A stretch of DNA of 64,000 nucleotides. It comes from Octopus bimaculoides. Lineage: Eukaryota. Below are positions 26,095-38,098 of this stretch, one piece after another. Where the stretch lies: NCBI RefSeq assembly GCF_001194135.2, contig NC_068992.1, positions 19,022,354 to 19,086,353 on the forward strand, in the 5' to 3' direction. Under the pieces are notes generated by a model. That model saw only the letters and a list, made by a program, of their open reading frames with translations, was not told the origin of the DNA and made no database searches. How positions within the stretch are numbered: the first letter of the stretch is position 1; each line of letters starts with the position of its first letter. A program made the position numbers and the translations under genes.

Positions 26095-27614
26095 GCACAC
26101 ACATATGTATACACACACATACACAGATTATTATACTATCTCGTTAGTACAAAGAGATGTGTGATTGCTACCATCATATGTAGAGCTCAGAATAAATTAT
26201 TATAGATCAGTTTAGAGGTTAAGTAACTATAATGCTTAGTAGTATTACTATTTATGAAACAGACCAAACGTGGGAGAAAGTAAGTTCATCACAAGTTTAT
26301 GTGAGTTGTCCTTACGTTCGTTTTCCCATTAGGGTCTCTTGGAATACTACATTTGCTATTCCGAGTGCTTTTGAATGCTTGACCAATATTTATTGTTGAA
26401 TCCGAACTCTTCTAGTACCGCTCTTTCTCAGATATTATGTCAGTGTTCATAGAATGGAATTCACCTTATATTAAGTTGGCAATTATTATCATACGCAGTT
26501 GATAGATGTCAATGTTTCGAAGAACATATCATCTTCTACAATGAATATAGTGACAAAAAATTTACTATCCTTTAATATAACTGAACTACTTCTATGGAAT
26601 TTTCAGTTGTTATTTCAATTTCACTTTCAGTTATATGTTTCCATTCGGTGTCGCTGAAGATTGATAATGATTTGTTTAGGAAAGGTAGCATTATTCATGG
26701 AAAATTCAAATTGCATTCGCAAAATCATTAATTGTTTTATTCCCGACATTGGGAGAAACACAGCTGCTTTTGTTTTGAACAAATGATTTATCATTGTTAC
26801 TCTTATCAAATAGTGAGTTGCTCTACCCTAAAGAATGCTGTAGAATTTTTAATTCCATTTAAATCAAGTTTCCAATGAGTTACGGTAAAGTTTAATTCTT
26901 TTACGAGTATATAGATCAGATAAGTCTTGGATGAACGTATTATTTTGCTCTTTGTCTGCTTCCAATGTGAATTTCTGTTCCTCTGGACGGGGTCTACGAA
27001 ACGGTCATCGTATTTCCATTGGTTAAATATATTAGTATTATTAGCCTCAATAGAATGGTGAAAAGTGCAACGTTATTATCTACGATTAACTAATGTACTT
27101 ACAAATGGTGTCTTCTTTTTTTCTCTCTCTCTCCATTTTTTCTTTCTCCATCCGTTGTCTCTCCTCATTCCTTTGTTTTGAAGAGCGTAGGCATGAAACG
27201 TTGAAGATATTTTGCTGAACGTATAACTAATAAACAATGTTATTTGTTCTTTCACCAATCTCAATTTATCGCACAATTTTGTATATTTTTGAACTATATT
27301 TAAAGTACGTTCATATGGTTACACCAGTTTTATCCTACTGGACTGAACTTTACCCTCTAATCGGACTATCATCACATTTTCGGCCAACTTCTTGAAATAT
27401 TGCGACCTCTTACCACCACTCCACACAAATTACTAGTGGAATTTTATACTTCCCGGATTCTACCATCATACTACCCATATTTATTGTACACGATATATAC
27501 TTTATACTAAAGGTTGAATGAAACTACGAAATGTAGAAATATGGATATTTGATAAAGAGAGGAAAAAAAACTGTTAAAACTTTTGCATAGGGGCTTAGCG
27601 AATTTCATCGACAC

Positions 27615-27760
27615 CGGTATTTAAATGGTACTTATTTTATCGACCCCGAAATGATGAAAGCAAACTCCACCTCGGCGGATTTCCACTCAAGACTCAAAGA
27701 CAGACGAAATGCCGCTAAGCATATTGCCCTGCGTGATAACGATTGTGCCAACTCACCGAT
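27615..27760 (-). mobile_element. Major SINE family copy
   Basis: Plus strand GGTACTTATTTTATCGACCCCGAAA...GACGAAATGCCGCTAAGCAT. Confidence 0.75.
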
Positions 27761-27770
27761 ATATATGAGT

Positions 27771-27771
<1 letters not shown>

Positions 27772-27858
<87 letters not shown>
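27772..27858. repeat. (GT)n microsatellite
   Basis: Seen directly. Confidence 0.95.
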
Positions 27859-27861
<3 letters not shown>

Positions 27862-28331
27862 CATGTGTGTGTACGCGCGCATATATATAACATACATATA
27901 TGCAGCATATTGATATAGATTTATTACTATTTTCCTTTCCTTATTCCTTTTTTTCTCCTCCAATAATTTGCCAGTTACACTTGCTAGATTCTTATACTTG
28001 CCGCTTAGAGCATGAGATTCCATTTCATGTTTTCCGTAAATTGAAAGTGACGGTCTAACACACAAGCATGTGTGTGAGTGTCTGTGCGTGTGCGTGAACG
28101 CATATGTGAGAGATTTTGTATGTGTATAGATTAAGGTGTTTTATTTTACTTTGAACTACTTTACGAAGCTGAATGTTCTAGCCTAGTAACCGTACAGTCC
28201 ATTTTCCCACTCGCCATGTTCCTTCGAGTCAAACATTTACTGGATCTAGAATATATTTGTGATCTGATGACAGCTTCAGCATATTGAAAAATAACGAATG
28301 CATGATAATGCCATCAGTTACTATGCACTTT

Positions 28332-29199
28332 CTAGCTGCAGTAATATTCAGATACAGAAAAGATCTCTGTGACCCAAGGTAACACTTTCTCATCTATCAT
28401 TTCTACATAAGCTTCACAGTTGACCTTGACGCCAGTATCGATGGAGACCAAAAGAAACTTAAACCCATCAGAAGAAAATGTGGCCCACACCATGGGTGAA
28501 ACTGGCTTCTGACAGCATAAATGACACGTGTTACCTTCGGGCAGGTCGCCTGCATTACGTGCATAAAGCCTAACGTTCTGTCTGTTGGTAACTACCCCCA
28601 CGGTGAAGATCTCGTTAGACAAGATCAACACATTGTTAGCGGCACGATTCTCCTCAGCTAACATGGTTTTACACTTGTCGAGCTGTTTCTTCTTGGAAGC
28701 TACTGAAATTAACTGCAGGGATAGTTTTTTGTATGCAGTTAGCTTTAAATCCTCTTTTAAAACCCTGTTCATTGACGCTTTTGAAATATCAAGAGCTTTT
28801 ACAGTTTTTTCTTGCACTCCTGCAGGGATTTCGATACATTCGCTTCTTCACATTTTTAGCAGTTACTTTGGTACGAATTAATCGTTTCATACCAGACATT
28901 GGTTTGCTAAAGGCAGTAGCGCACTCCATATATCGTCTCCAGGTATTGAACACTATTTTACAACACACATTCAACTGTTTTACGTCATTGTTGCTCACTC
29001 CAGCTTTTACCAAAGCAACAATGTGGTCGCGTTTCGCTTTCGATGTCAAGCTTGTTTATGAATATGTTATAAATGAACGGAAAGAATAGACACATGGACA
29101 AAAGACATGCAAATCTTCATGTAAAATGTAAATAATATTATCTGAACCGATATTTTTTAGGCAGATATTTAAATATGGCTAAATCTCTTTGAGACTACC

Positions 29200-29210
<11 letters not shown>
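28332..29210 (-). mobile_element. Decayed IS630-Tc1-mariner transposon (maT/rosa-like), frameshifted and 3'-truncated
   Basis: ORF 28789-29049 gives an HTH N-terminus (KRDHIVAL.KAG.SN); overlapping ORF 28332-28817 gives S.NRVLKEDLKL.AYK, ILSNEIFTV (FSDEK.F with D to N), NRQN.R.YA and MVWA, and stops before the second catalytic Asp. Confidence 0.85.
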
Positions 29211-29236
<26 letters not shown>

Positions 29237-29244
29237 TTCATCAT

Positions 29245-29400
29245 GTAACCTCGTGGGCATCGGTACCATTTTCCTCTTTCTCCGTTCTTCCATTCTCCGA
29301 ACTTTCCATCTTTCCGACGAAGGGCTACGCCCGAAACGTCATACACTCTCTCTTTCCTTTCCTGAGCGTCCAATAATACTATCCATATCACGTCCTCACT
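29245..29400 (+). mobile_element. Penelope-type terminal repeat fragment with a minimal hammerhead-like motif
   Basis: CCGACGA-A-GGGC-TAC-GCCC-GAAAC-GTC at 29314-29340. Confidence 0.55.
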
Positions 29401-31059
29401 TTGTTGTTTTTTTGTTTTTTTGTTATTATTTTTTTTTAACTATATATATATATATGTATACACATATATACTTTAGACAAAAAATAGCTAAGAAGAATTA
29501 ACCCAACGTGGTCAGTGGTATACATTTCAAAATAAGAAAAATACAGGCATGTCAAATGCCAGATAATATAGACTCTTAATTTGTCAAAATTATTTCACAT
29601 CTAATTGACAATTAAAACCAACTCCACTTGTGAACGAAAGACAGACTCCAGAATTTCACTGAAAGTGACAAATAATAAGAAAACGTATTGGATTCTATGT
29701 GGAAACAAACATATAAACACAAACAAATATAAGCTTTTAGTCAGAATGAAGGTTAGTGTATTTCAGCAGTAACATCACCTCCAAGACTGGCAATGATGAA
29801 AGAAAAAGCATTTTTATTTCAAAGGAGACACTTCTAACGGAAATGAAAGTATCAGTTTTTGGCGTTAAACTGATCAACGTGTTACGTCTGCTATCCTAGT
29901 TGGTCATGATAAAATTTGAATTCCGCCTCACGTGTGTGCGTGTATTTGTGTGTATATCAATGGATATTTGCGTGTATGTTTGTGTGTGTGCGTGTCTGCA
30001 TAATCAACAGCGCGCACACAGATACACAGAGAATCACAGAAACACACACACACACACACACACTCCACATACAAAAACAAATGACAAGATACCAACATGC
30101 GTAGGCACATTATGTGTATATATGTGCTTACGCCTGTGACAGTTTGTGTTTGTATATGGTTGCGTGTGTATTTGTGTGTGTGTATTTATATAAAAATACG
30201 TGTGATTTTTAAAAATCTTCAGTCCTATAGCTTTCAGATTCATTTATACATTTTTGAAAATTATGTTTCCGTTTGGACTAATATATATTTGAAAGATATG
30301 AAAACGCACATGCACCGACAAACACAAACAAATTTTAATATACTCTACTCACACACATATACATAGGTATGTCTATATATATATATATATATATATATAA
30401 TATCCCAAGAGGCTGCTTTCATTCTCTGTTGATTCATATAATATTAATAATATACAATTATTATTCATCGATTTTCAAATGATAAACACAGAGATTGAAT
30501 CTAGTAAAGTGTACCTTAATGTTTTGTATATTCTCTCTTGGTTGAATGAAACTACGAAACGTAGATATACGGATATTTGATAATGAGAGGGAAAAAAACT
30601 GTTTGAATTTTTGCATTGCAAACACGTTTCCCTAACTAAAATCAAATAAGCGAGGACATTGAAATAGCATTTTGAAAGTTTCTTTGCATTTAAATTGAGA
30701 TTTATTTATATATATATATATATATATTAAGGGAACAAGCAGTTTTGTAGCTAATAGACAAGATGGCAAAACATAGTTTACGTTATTAATTTATTTTCTA
30801 TGCCTTGAATAATTTTTGTTTAATTTTTTTTTTTGACACTTTCTTTCGCACATATCTAATTTGAAATCCTCTCCACGGTCTTTGTTACTTAAACAGTTCC
30901 GATAAAAATGTGCACACAAAGACACGAACACGCTTACATAGAGCCACACGTGAGCACGCACGTGGGTATACACAGACATGCGCGCGCACCCACTGTTAGG
31001 TTCGTTCCTGAACGAAGGAGAGACGCCTGGGTAGTTTTGTGACATCCGTGAAGACAATA

Positions 31060-31358
31060 AAGTTCTATATTTATGAGATGAGGAATTAAGTACGTTATTT
31101 ACATTTGACGGATATTTGTCCTCATCTTGGTTGTTTTTAACACAACATTTCAGCTGATATACCCTCCAGCCTTCATCAGGTGCCTTGGGGAAATTTCGAA
31201 CCTGGGTTCTCATTCCTAAGGTATTTTTCGATATTAATTTTACTATTATTATTATTATTATTATTATTAAGGTCACTGCCTGGAATCGAACTCGGATTCT
31301 TGGGGTTAGTAGCCCGCGCTGTTAACCACTACGCCATATACCCACGGGCATATGGCGT
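31060..31358 (-). mobile_element. Composite SINE-like element: tRNA-derived head, (AAT)n, then a hammerhead-like Penelope-type tail
   Basis: Perfect A box TGGCGTAGTGG (31336-31326), B box GTTCGATTCC (31291-31282), CTGATGA-AGGCTG..CAGCT-GAAA (31179-31148), 5' hairpin 31331-31358. Confidence 0.65.
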
Positions 31359-31503
31359 GCTTGTAGTTTATATCTTGTAACTTAATGTACTTATAGATAC
31401 ACTGAGACACTTTCCAGTTACCTCAAGTCATGGCGGTAAATTTTAAGAGAGTCTTAATATAATAGAGTTGAAATAACCCGGGAAGACCAATACATAAATA
31501 TAT

Positions 31504-31808
31504 TTGCTTTAATCGACTTTAATTTTCTTCATAATAAACGCTCAAAAGGCCATATCCTATCGGGAACGTTGTAGTATAAACTTAAAGAAGCGGTAACCAT
31601 CAATTATTCAAGAGTTGTTCACCATTTTTTATCTATGGAACTCTTACTATTTCTTGCTTTAATCGACTTTAATTTTCTTCATAATAAACGCTCAAAAGGC
31701 CATATCCTATCGGGAACGTTGTAGTATAAACTTAAAGAAGCGGTAACCATCAATTATTCAAGAGTTGTTCACCATTTTTTATCTATGGAACTATTACTAT
31801 TTCTTGCT
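31504..31808. repeat. Near-perfect 150-bp tandem duplication
   Basis: Unit starts at 31504 and 31654; one mismatch seen (CTCTT vs CTATT). Confidence 0.95.
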
Positions 31809-32097
31809 GTTGGCCCTCCTTAGCCATTCGATGTTTGATAGCTAGTTTTAAAGAAACTTTTTCACAATTCCGATTTTGTTTTTCACGCATTAACTTGTCT
31901 AGGTTGCTCAATGTATATGACATAAGAGAAAGAAGCCTAGCACTTTCTTGCAATACATAGCAATACATAAATACAAAGCAAAATTTATTCAGGGGCACTT
32001 AAAATACTATTGCAGATACCCAGTTTACTCTTTTGCTGCGTAGACCCCCTAAAAATCCTAAATGGACACTCAGGAGTAATATGGACCGCCACAAGCA

Positions 32098-32340
32098 AAT
32101 GTGGAGGTGCGTGGCTTAGGGGTTAGGGTGCTGGACGCACGATCGTAAGATTGTGATTTCGATTCTTGGACCGATGGATGCAGTGTGTTCTTCAACAAAA
32201 CACTTCATTTCACGTTGCTCCAGTCTTCTCAACTCACAAAAATGAGTAATCCTGCGACGGACCGCCGTCCCGCTCAGGTGGGGAATATATACTCCCTAAA
32301 ATCGGGAAACCAGCAATTATGAGTCGGCATGACTCGAGAA
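32098..32340 (+). mobile_element. tRNA-derived SINE with a CORE/V-domain-like body
   Basis: GTGGCTTAGGGGTTAGGG A box, GATTTCGATTCT B box, then CACTTCATTTCACGTTGCTCCAGTC...CCTGCGACGGAC...GTCCCG. Confidence 0.7.
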
Positions 32341-32579
32341 GTTATCAGTAAGGTACATTTTACTACTGGCAAATGTAATACTGAATATATTATTTAAACC
32401 CAACACATTTGATTACAAACTGACGTTAGTTAATATTAATGATTAGTTCAGAGTATCTACATACAAATATATAACCCAATGAAGAACAGCTCGCATTCGT
32501 AAGCAGCAGCTTCGCTGTAATATTCTTTCTAATCGTGGCAAACAGTTAGTAATTTGGAGGAGAAGACGCAAGTCGATTA

Positions 32580-33200
32580 CAGCGACTCCTGTACCTGACT
32601 GCTAATTACGTGTCGAATCCGAAATAGATGAAAATCAAAGTTGACCTCGTCAGCATTAATGCGTCGGAAGAATTGCCACTAAGTATTTTGTCCGACATGC
32701 TAAAGACTACCAGTTCACCGACTTGGTTCGCTGTAATATTGATTGATTTCAAATTTTGGCACAAGGCCAGCAGCATCGGCGGGGGTGGGGGGAGGTACTA
32801 TGTTGATGAAATCGACCACACTGCTTAACTGGTGCTTATTTTATCGACTCCGAAAGATTGAACGGCAAAATCGACACCAGAGGAATTTGAACCCAGAACG
32901 TAACGAGGGTTGAAATGCCGCCAGTCATTTTGTCTGGCGTTACTAACTGTTCTGCCAGCTTTCCGCCTTCCCTTACTGTAATATCGTTTTCAAATTTTGG
33001 CACAAGGCCAGCAATTTTGGGGATGGGATGAGTCGGTTACATCGACCCCAATGTTCGTCTGCTACTTATTTTGTCAACTTCGAAAGGATGAAATCCAAAG
33101 TCGACCTCGGAGAAGTTTGAACTCAGAACGTAAGTTGGATGAAATGCTGCCAAGTATTTTTCTGTGCGCGCTAATGATTCTGCCAGCCTACGGCCCTGCT
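32580..33200 (-). mobile_element. Three head-to-tail copies of the major SINE
   Basis: Copies at ~32580-32720, 32745-32970 and 32985-33200; shared end TTTCAAATTTTGGCACAAGGCCAGCA at 32748 and 32987. Confidence 0.8.
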
Positions 33201-34860
33201 TTCCTGAAATATCGATGAGTCTTTCTTCACCTTACAAAATGTATTCACTCCTACTATTGATATAACTGGCCTGTAGAATCGAAAAATAAAAGCAGACTCT
33301 ACAGTAAAGCTTACAATCGCACAATGAAACTGGTTATAGTTGCATACCAACAAGTCTCTAGTGAACCCACTATATTTGATCGATTTCTTTTTTTACTAAC
33401 TCCCAATTCTATTAGTTCTCGTAAATGTCACCGGAGGATATGGTCAATATACAGTGCAGTTTGTCTATGGAAATTCTATGGGATATACTTTAATAAAATA
33501 TACTTTAAAGATGTAAATTATTTCTACATTCGCCATGGGTGATGTTATTTTTAACGATGAATACTGAATGTTTTCTGTAGAATTGTCTGTAGTATCCAAG
33601 GAAAAGTTCAATACATATTTCTCTTTACTAACAAATGTTCACATTTTGTTTAAGTAAGAACTCAATACATGTATAAAATAACTAAAATAAAACAAGGTAA
33701 ACTATAGCGAGCATACCCGCACACATGGACATTCATATACACATATATACACACAAAAGCATACAATCGTACAAATGAATATATTCAATCTGTTTGTGTA
33801 TTATATTTTCAATTATTATTGTTAGAATGCCACTCACGTTCTCTGCCAACTTGAAATTTATCTGCTCCACTAAATTGTTCAACGCGTAAGCACGACTTTA
33901 TAAAACTTAATTCAATCAACATTGATCATTATTCTTCAATGTTTGTTATGGGAACATATTGTTGTTGTTCACACACAATAACAAACACCATCAACAAAGT
34001 TTGTAAGAAGAATATTTAACTTTAGAAATATTTCAGCTTTCCTTTAGGCTGTGTCGTTGCTGGAAGATGTGACATACACCAGTGGGTAGATGTTTCAATG
34101 GTTTCATCTTTTGGAGGTGTTGATTCAATTTATTTCGGTATCAAAATGTTTGATTATATATTTACTTCTCGAACTATCTCTCCAGAGATCTTAAAAAGTT
34201 TTTGCTATTTCAGGAAATTAAATAAAATTACATCATTTTAGAAAATGGGGACTTTTACTAAATTTCCAACTAAGTTTTCTCTGTTTTTCTACTAAGTAAA
34301 AGTCATCAATTCTCTATTCATGAAGTTTAGTAATAAATATCTACTACCTCTGTGTTGCTAAAAACTCCGCATTTCCAGATCATTACTTGGAGTAATTCAG
34401 TATGCGTAGTTAATATGGGTTTATGACCCATCCTCAATCCTAAATTTGACAATATAGATTTGGCGATATTTATATGTGAGGCTACTGCGGTTAATGTTCA
34501 GTTCAAATCCTCGAATACACCTGCATGTGTTTTTTAGCCCTGTGACGACAGGGCATTGAACAACAGTGTCCTTCATATGAGTAGAGATCACGTATTTACT
34601 ACTGCTGTATGAGACGGGATTGTTATATCTCCAATTTAGGGTGTGCTCGAGATTCAGTTGTTAGAAGTCAAACAGCACTGACGTAAGCCAAGTTATGTGT
34701 GGGAGTTATCCACATGCGAAATCAATTCAAAAGATATAGTAATTCACACAAGTACATATACAAACGAACAGATTCAATTCATGGAGAGTAACATTTGTGT
34801 AAGAATGTGTTTGCTCAAAAGTAAAGGCAAAAGTAGTTTACAAAAGTGCAGTGAGAGATG

Positions 34861-35015
34861 TAACTGGGTAATGAGATAATTTGTTGGTTAGAGAGGTCAA
34901 AAATATAACTGGGTAATGAGGTACACAAGGGTAAATAATTTGTTGGTTAGAGAGGTCAGAGATATAACTGGGTAATGACGCACACAAGGGGAGATAATTT
35001 GTTTGCTAGAGAGAT
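34861..35015. repeat. Minisatellite, ~60-bp unit, ~2.5 copies
   Basis: TAACTGGGTAATGA...ATAATTTGTTGGTTAGAGAGGTCA repeated. Confidence 0.9.
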
Positions 35016-35400
35016 CGATCAACATATTCAACAATGAAGACACACTGAGAAGAAATATTCAAATTATACAGATTAAGCCTATAGATGGGTAAATTTTCGT
35101 ATGTTTACATCGAGGATTTTGCTGTTGGCAATATCTAATATGAGCGAGTAACCCATACCACACTTTAAAATGTCATTCATTACATTACCTACAGTGACAA
35201 AGACCACAGCTTCCAATATTTTAAGTTACACTTTTGTCAGCTGCGTTTCGAAAAAGTCGTCGTTTGTCACCAACTACAGAGCATTCATCGAGGAGTCTCG
35301 GCGAGAACGCACGAACTGCTAGAAATGCAAAGGCGGACAAAATGCCACTAAACACTTTGTCCGGCGTGCTAACAATTCTGCCAGATCACCGCCTTGCTGT

Positions 35401-35450
<50 letters not shown>

Positions 35451-35472
35451 ATAATAATAATAATAATAATAA

Positions 35473-36255
35473 TTGCACTACTGGGTACTGCACACATCCT
35501 ACNNNNNNNNNNNNNNNNNNNNNNNNNNNNNNNNNNNNNNNNNNNNNNNNNNNNNNNNNNNNNNNNNNNNNNNNNNNNNNNNNNNNNNNNNNNNNNNNNN
35601 NNNNNNNNNNNNNNNNNNNNNNNNNNNNNNNNNNNNNNNNNNNNNNNNNNNNNNNNNNNNNNNNNNNNNNNNNNNNNNNNNNNNNNNNNNNNNNNNNNNN
35701 NNNNNNNNNNNNNNNNNNNNNNNNNNNNNNNNNNNNNNNNNNNNNNNNNNNNNNNNNNNNNNNNNNNNNNNNNNNNNNNNNNNNNNNNNNNNNNNNNNNN
35801 NNNNNNNNNNNNNNNNNNNNNNNNNNNNNNNNNNNNNNNNNNNNNNNNNNNNNNNNNNNNNNNNNNNNNNNNNNNNNNNNNNNNNNNNNNNNNNNNNNNN
35901 NNNNNNNNNNNNNNNNNNNNNNNNNNNNNNNNNNNNNNNNNNNNNNNNNNNAATACAAAGACCTGGAAATAGAGATAACTCGAATGTGGAATATAAAAAC
36001 AGAAACAATTCCTATCATAGTAGGTGCCTTAGGTATAATAAAAAAAATATTCAGGCAAATACATAACAAAAACACCAGGACTTACAAATATATATAACAT
36101 ACAGAAAATTGCACTACTGGGTACTGCACACATTCTACGCAAAACACTTTCAATACAGTAAACATAAGAGCACCACAGCAAACCACAGCACATACCCAAG
36201 GCGCACAGAGCTGCGCTCGGTAGTGAAGTGAAAGTACGTTATAAAAATAAAACTA

Positions 36256-36285
<30 letters not shown>
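35473..36285 (+). mobile_element. R4/Dong-like non-LTR retrotransposon 3' end(s) spanning an N-gap, with (AAT)n tail
   Basis: KYKDLEIEITRMWNIKTETIPIIVGALG (35951-36040) is an RLE C-terminus; 3' UTR ends AAAACTACTG-(AAT)n. Confidence 0.85.
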
Positions 36286-36286
<1 letters not shown>

Positions 36287-36874
36287 GACCCTGAAAGAAT
36301 ATAAGAGACGTCATGTCAATATAGTAAGGATTGTATATTAGACACTTTGCAACAAGTATGGACTTGACAGAGCAAAAAAAGTGGTACGAACATAAACCGG
36401 AGACATCATCGAAAATGATAATGCAAAGATCCTATGGGATTCAGTGCGACCATGAGATAGAGAATAGGAAAGCAGACATATTGTTAATTGTGAAAGAAAG
36501 CGAATGATGCTGGATCATAGATATAGCATGCCCAGCTGACAACAAGGTAGGTATGCGATAAAGAAGAAAGAAAAGTCGATAGATATGACAGGTTAGCCTG
36601 GGATTTTGAGCAGTTGTGGTCGATGAAAAAGGTAGTAGTAGTAGTACCAATAATTGTCGTAGCCCTGGGAACTCTGAGTAAAAATCTTGTGAAGTACAGG
36701 GAACAGATATGGGCTGCAATAAGGGTGGAGCACTTGCAGAAAACAGCACTGCTTGGAAGCGCTTGAATACTCCGGTTGGTGCTCAAAAACTAAAGTTTAT
36801 TGCCTTAGTTCGCTGGTAGTGAAAAGCCGGTACCGTAGTACATATATGGCGTTAGAAGCTGTACAAAGAAAGTA

Positions 36875-36943
<69 letters not shown>
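36286..36943 (+). mobile_element. Second, more diverged RLE-type LINE family 3' fragment with (AAT)n tail
   Basis: YKRRHVNI.RIVY, KWYEHKPE, HEIENRKADILLI..E..CWIIDIACPADNKV; different 3' UTR from the neighbouring copies. Confidence 0.75.
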
Positions 36944-36946
<3 letters not shown>

Positions 36947-38049
36947 CAAGATCAAAGCTTCCCACCAGAAATTACCAAGAACATGTAAATAAAAGAAATA
37001 CCACAAATAACTGCAGAAAATATCAAAAACACGTAATGTAATGAAATACAAACCAAAAACAAGTAATAAAAAGAAATACACACCAAAAAACACGTAATGA
37101 AAAGATATGAAACACAAGACCAATGCCTCCCCACCAGAGATGACAAAAATCATATAATGAATAGAAATACAAGTAACTGCAGAATATGTAGTTATAGAGA
37201 AGGAACAATAAATCATATTGTTTCTGGCTGTCCACTCGTGACTAAGAAGGAATATATTCACACATACGACAGTGTTGGGAACTATATACACTTGAAGTTA
37301 CGCAAACACTATAGAATAACAGTAGAAAGAAATGGTATACGCACACATCAGAGAAGGTCAGAGAAAATGAGAAAGCAAACATACTCTGGGATATGCCAAT
37401 ACACACACATGGGGAAATTAAGGCCAATAGGCCGGATATGGTTGTCAGAGATCATCGAGTAAAAAAATGCTTTCTAATCGATGTATCAATACCAATGTTT
37501 CTCTAAAAGAAATGGAGAAACTTTGAAGATACAAAAATCTGGAAATAAAGGTAACTCGAATGCGGAGTCTAAAAACAGAAACAATTCATATCATAGTATT
37601 GGGATATGCCAATACACACAGAGAAATTAAGGCCAATAGGCCTGATATAGCTTTCAGAGACCATGAAGAAAAAAAATGCTTTCTAATTGATGTATCAATA
37701 CCAGCAGATGACAATGTTTCCGTAAAAGAAATGGAGAAACTTTCAAAATACAAAGACCTGGAAATAGAGGTAACTCGAATGTGAAATCTAAAAACAGAAA
37801 CAATTCCTATCATAGTAGGTGCCTTAGGTATGATAAAAACATATTCAGACAAATACATAACAAAAACGCCAGGACTTACAAATATATATAACATACAGAA
37901 AATTGCACTATTGGGCGCTGCACACAACCTACGCAAAACACTTTCAATACAGTAACCATAAGAGCATCACAGCAAACCACAGCACCTAACTAAGGCACAC
38001 AGAGCTGCGCTCGGTAGTAAAGTGAAAGCACGCTATAAAAATAAAACTA

Positions 38050-38097
<48 letters not shown>
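36944..38097 (+). mobile_element. R4/Dong-like LINE 3' fragment with CCHC finger, PD-(D/E)XK nuclease and an internal 213-bp duplication
   Basis: CRICSYREGTINHIVSGC; RPDIAFRDHEEKKCFLIDVSIPADDNVSVKEMEKLSKY; duplicated segment starts at 37387 and 37600; (AAT)n on both sides. Confidence 0.9.

Positions 38098-38098
<1 letters not shown>

Noticed and set aside
26200-26810. Faint GT11 (alpha-1,2-fucosyltransferase)-like wording on the minus strand
   Set aside because: No diagnostic GRLGN or HVRRGD motif is recoverable; too weak to call.
27512-30616. ~77-bp segment present at 27512-27588 and 30540-30616
   Set aside because: It looks like fragments of an ordinary dispersed repeat, with no structure linking the two copies.
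31275-31345. Possible tRNA-Ser(ACT) gene
   Set aside because: A and B boxes are present but the acceptor stem does not pair and it runs into (AAT)n; treated as a SINE head.
33324-33542. GT31-like start (FLFLL...RRIW) on the plus strand
   Set aside because: Single low-complexity resemblance with no downstream DxD or other motifs.
34861-35015. Repeat with apparent spacers that could be mistaken for a CRISPR array
   Set aside because: The whole unit repeats (a minisatellite), the context is eukaryotic, and there are no cas genes.
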